Shown here piece after piece: positions 63,582 through 64,000 of a stretch of 64,000 nt of DNA (within the stretch, counting starts at the first letter, position 1; the number at the start of each line of letters is the position of its first letter). The stretch lies in assembly GCA_963666975.2 (NCBI GenBank), contig CAXVYR010000004.1, forward strand, positions 64,001 to 128,000. Direction: 5' to 3'. The position numbers were made by a program, and so were the translations under genes. The notes under the pieces are model-generated. The model was not told where the DNA came from, searched no databases, and saw only the letters and a list, made by a program, of their open reading frames with translations. The stretch comes from Terriglobia bacterium (GTDB lineage Bacteria > Acidobacteriota > Terriglobia > 2-12-FULL-54-10).

Positions 63582-64000
63582 GTGGCCAAAATAAGCTTTG
63601 CTGCTGCCAAGCAGCGCGCCATCAAACAACGCGCCGCCCGTATCCAACTTCTCTTGATGGATGTGGATGGCGTCTGGACGGACGGCTCACTGTACTACGT
63701 CCCTTCCGTCGGGGGCGCGATGGTCGAGACCAAGGGATTTGACTCGCAGGATGGCATCGGCCTCCGCTGGGCGGTGGATGCCGGCCTCGTCACCGGCATC
63801 ATCAGCGGCAGGCTCTCCCCCGCCGTCCAGGAACGCGGACGAATGCTCGGCTTGAGCTACATCTATCAGGATCACTTGAACAAGCTCGAAATCTACGAGC
63901 AAATTCTCGCGCATGCCCGTCTCACCGATTCTCAAGTCTGCTTTATGGGCGACGACCTGACGGATCTCCCGGTCATGCGGCGAGCCGGCTTAGCTGTGGC
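63582..64000 (+). CDS. kdsC: KDO-8-phosphate phosphatase (HAD), partial
   Basis: Manual translation: LMDVDGVWTDG, QDGIG, IISGR, MGDDLTD. Confidence 0.88.
   Translation, partial: MAKISFAAAKQRAIKQRAARIQLLLMDVDGVWTDGSLYYVPSVGGAMVETKGFDSQDGIGLRWAVDAGLVTGIISGRLSPAVQERGRMLGLSYIYQDHLNKLEIYEQILAHARLTDSQVCFMGDDLTDLPVMRRAGLAV

Overview
This 64-kb window is GC-rich bacterial chromosome, most likely Acidobacteriota. That call rests on the lysS-lolC/E-lolD-clpC-bamA order, an Oar-type TonB receptor, a DUF4388-type regulator and a Hanks-kinase remnant. Two housekeeping and metabolic blocks (1-24.4 kb and 40.6-64 kb) flank a visibly more AT-rich, IS-riddled accessory region (about 24.5-40.5 kb). That region holds two IS3-family copies, IS4/IS5/IS6/IS1 pieces, an integrase remnant next to a damaged tRNA(CAU), two paralogous exported amidohydrolases and a TonB receptor. 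The most notable signals are: (1) a 24-bp palindromic unit that appears inserted into itself (A2B2 and A3B3 nesting) inside REP-like hairpins, one of them within a MITE; (2) an unannotated exported HMA-domain protein with an in-frame UGA at the first Cys of the CxxC motif and a hairpin right behind it (candidate selenoprotein); (3) a ric/ytfE gene broken by a 54-bp internal inversion; (4) a boxB-like epoxidase paired with a 2Fe-2S ferredoxin instead of boxA/boxC. All calls come from reading the sequence; no database searches were run.
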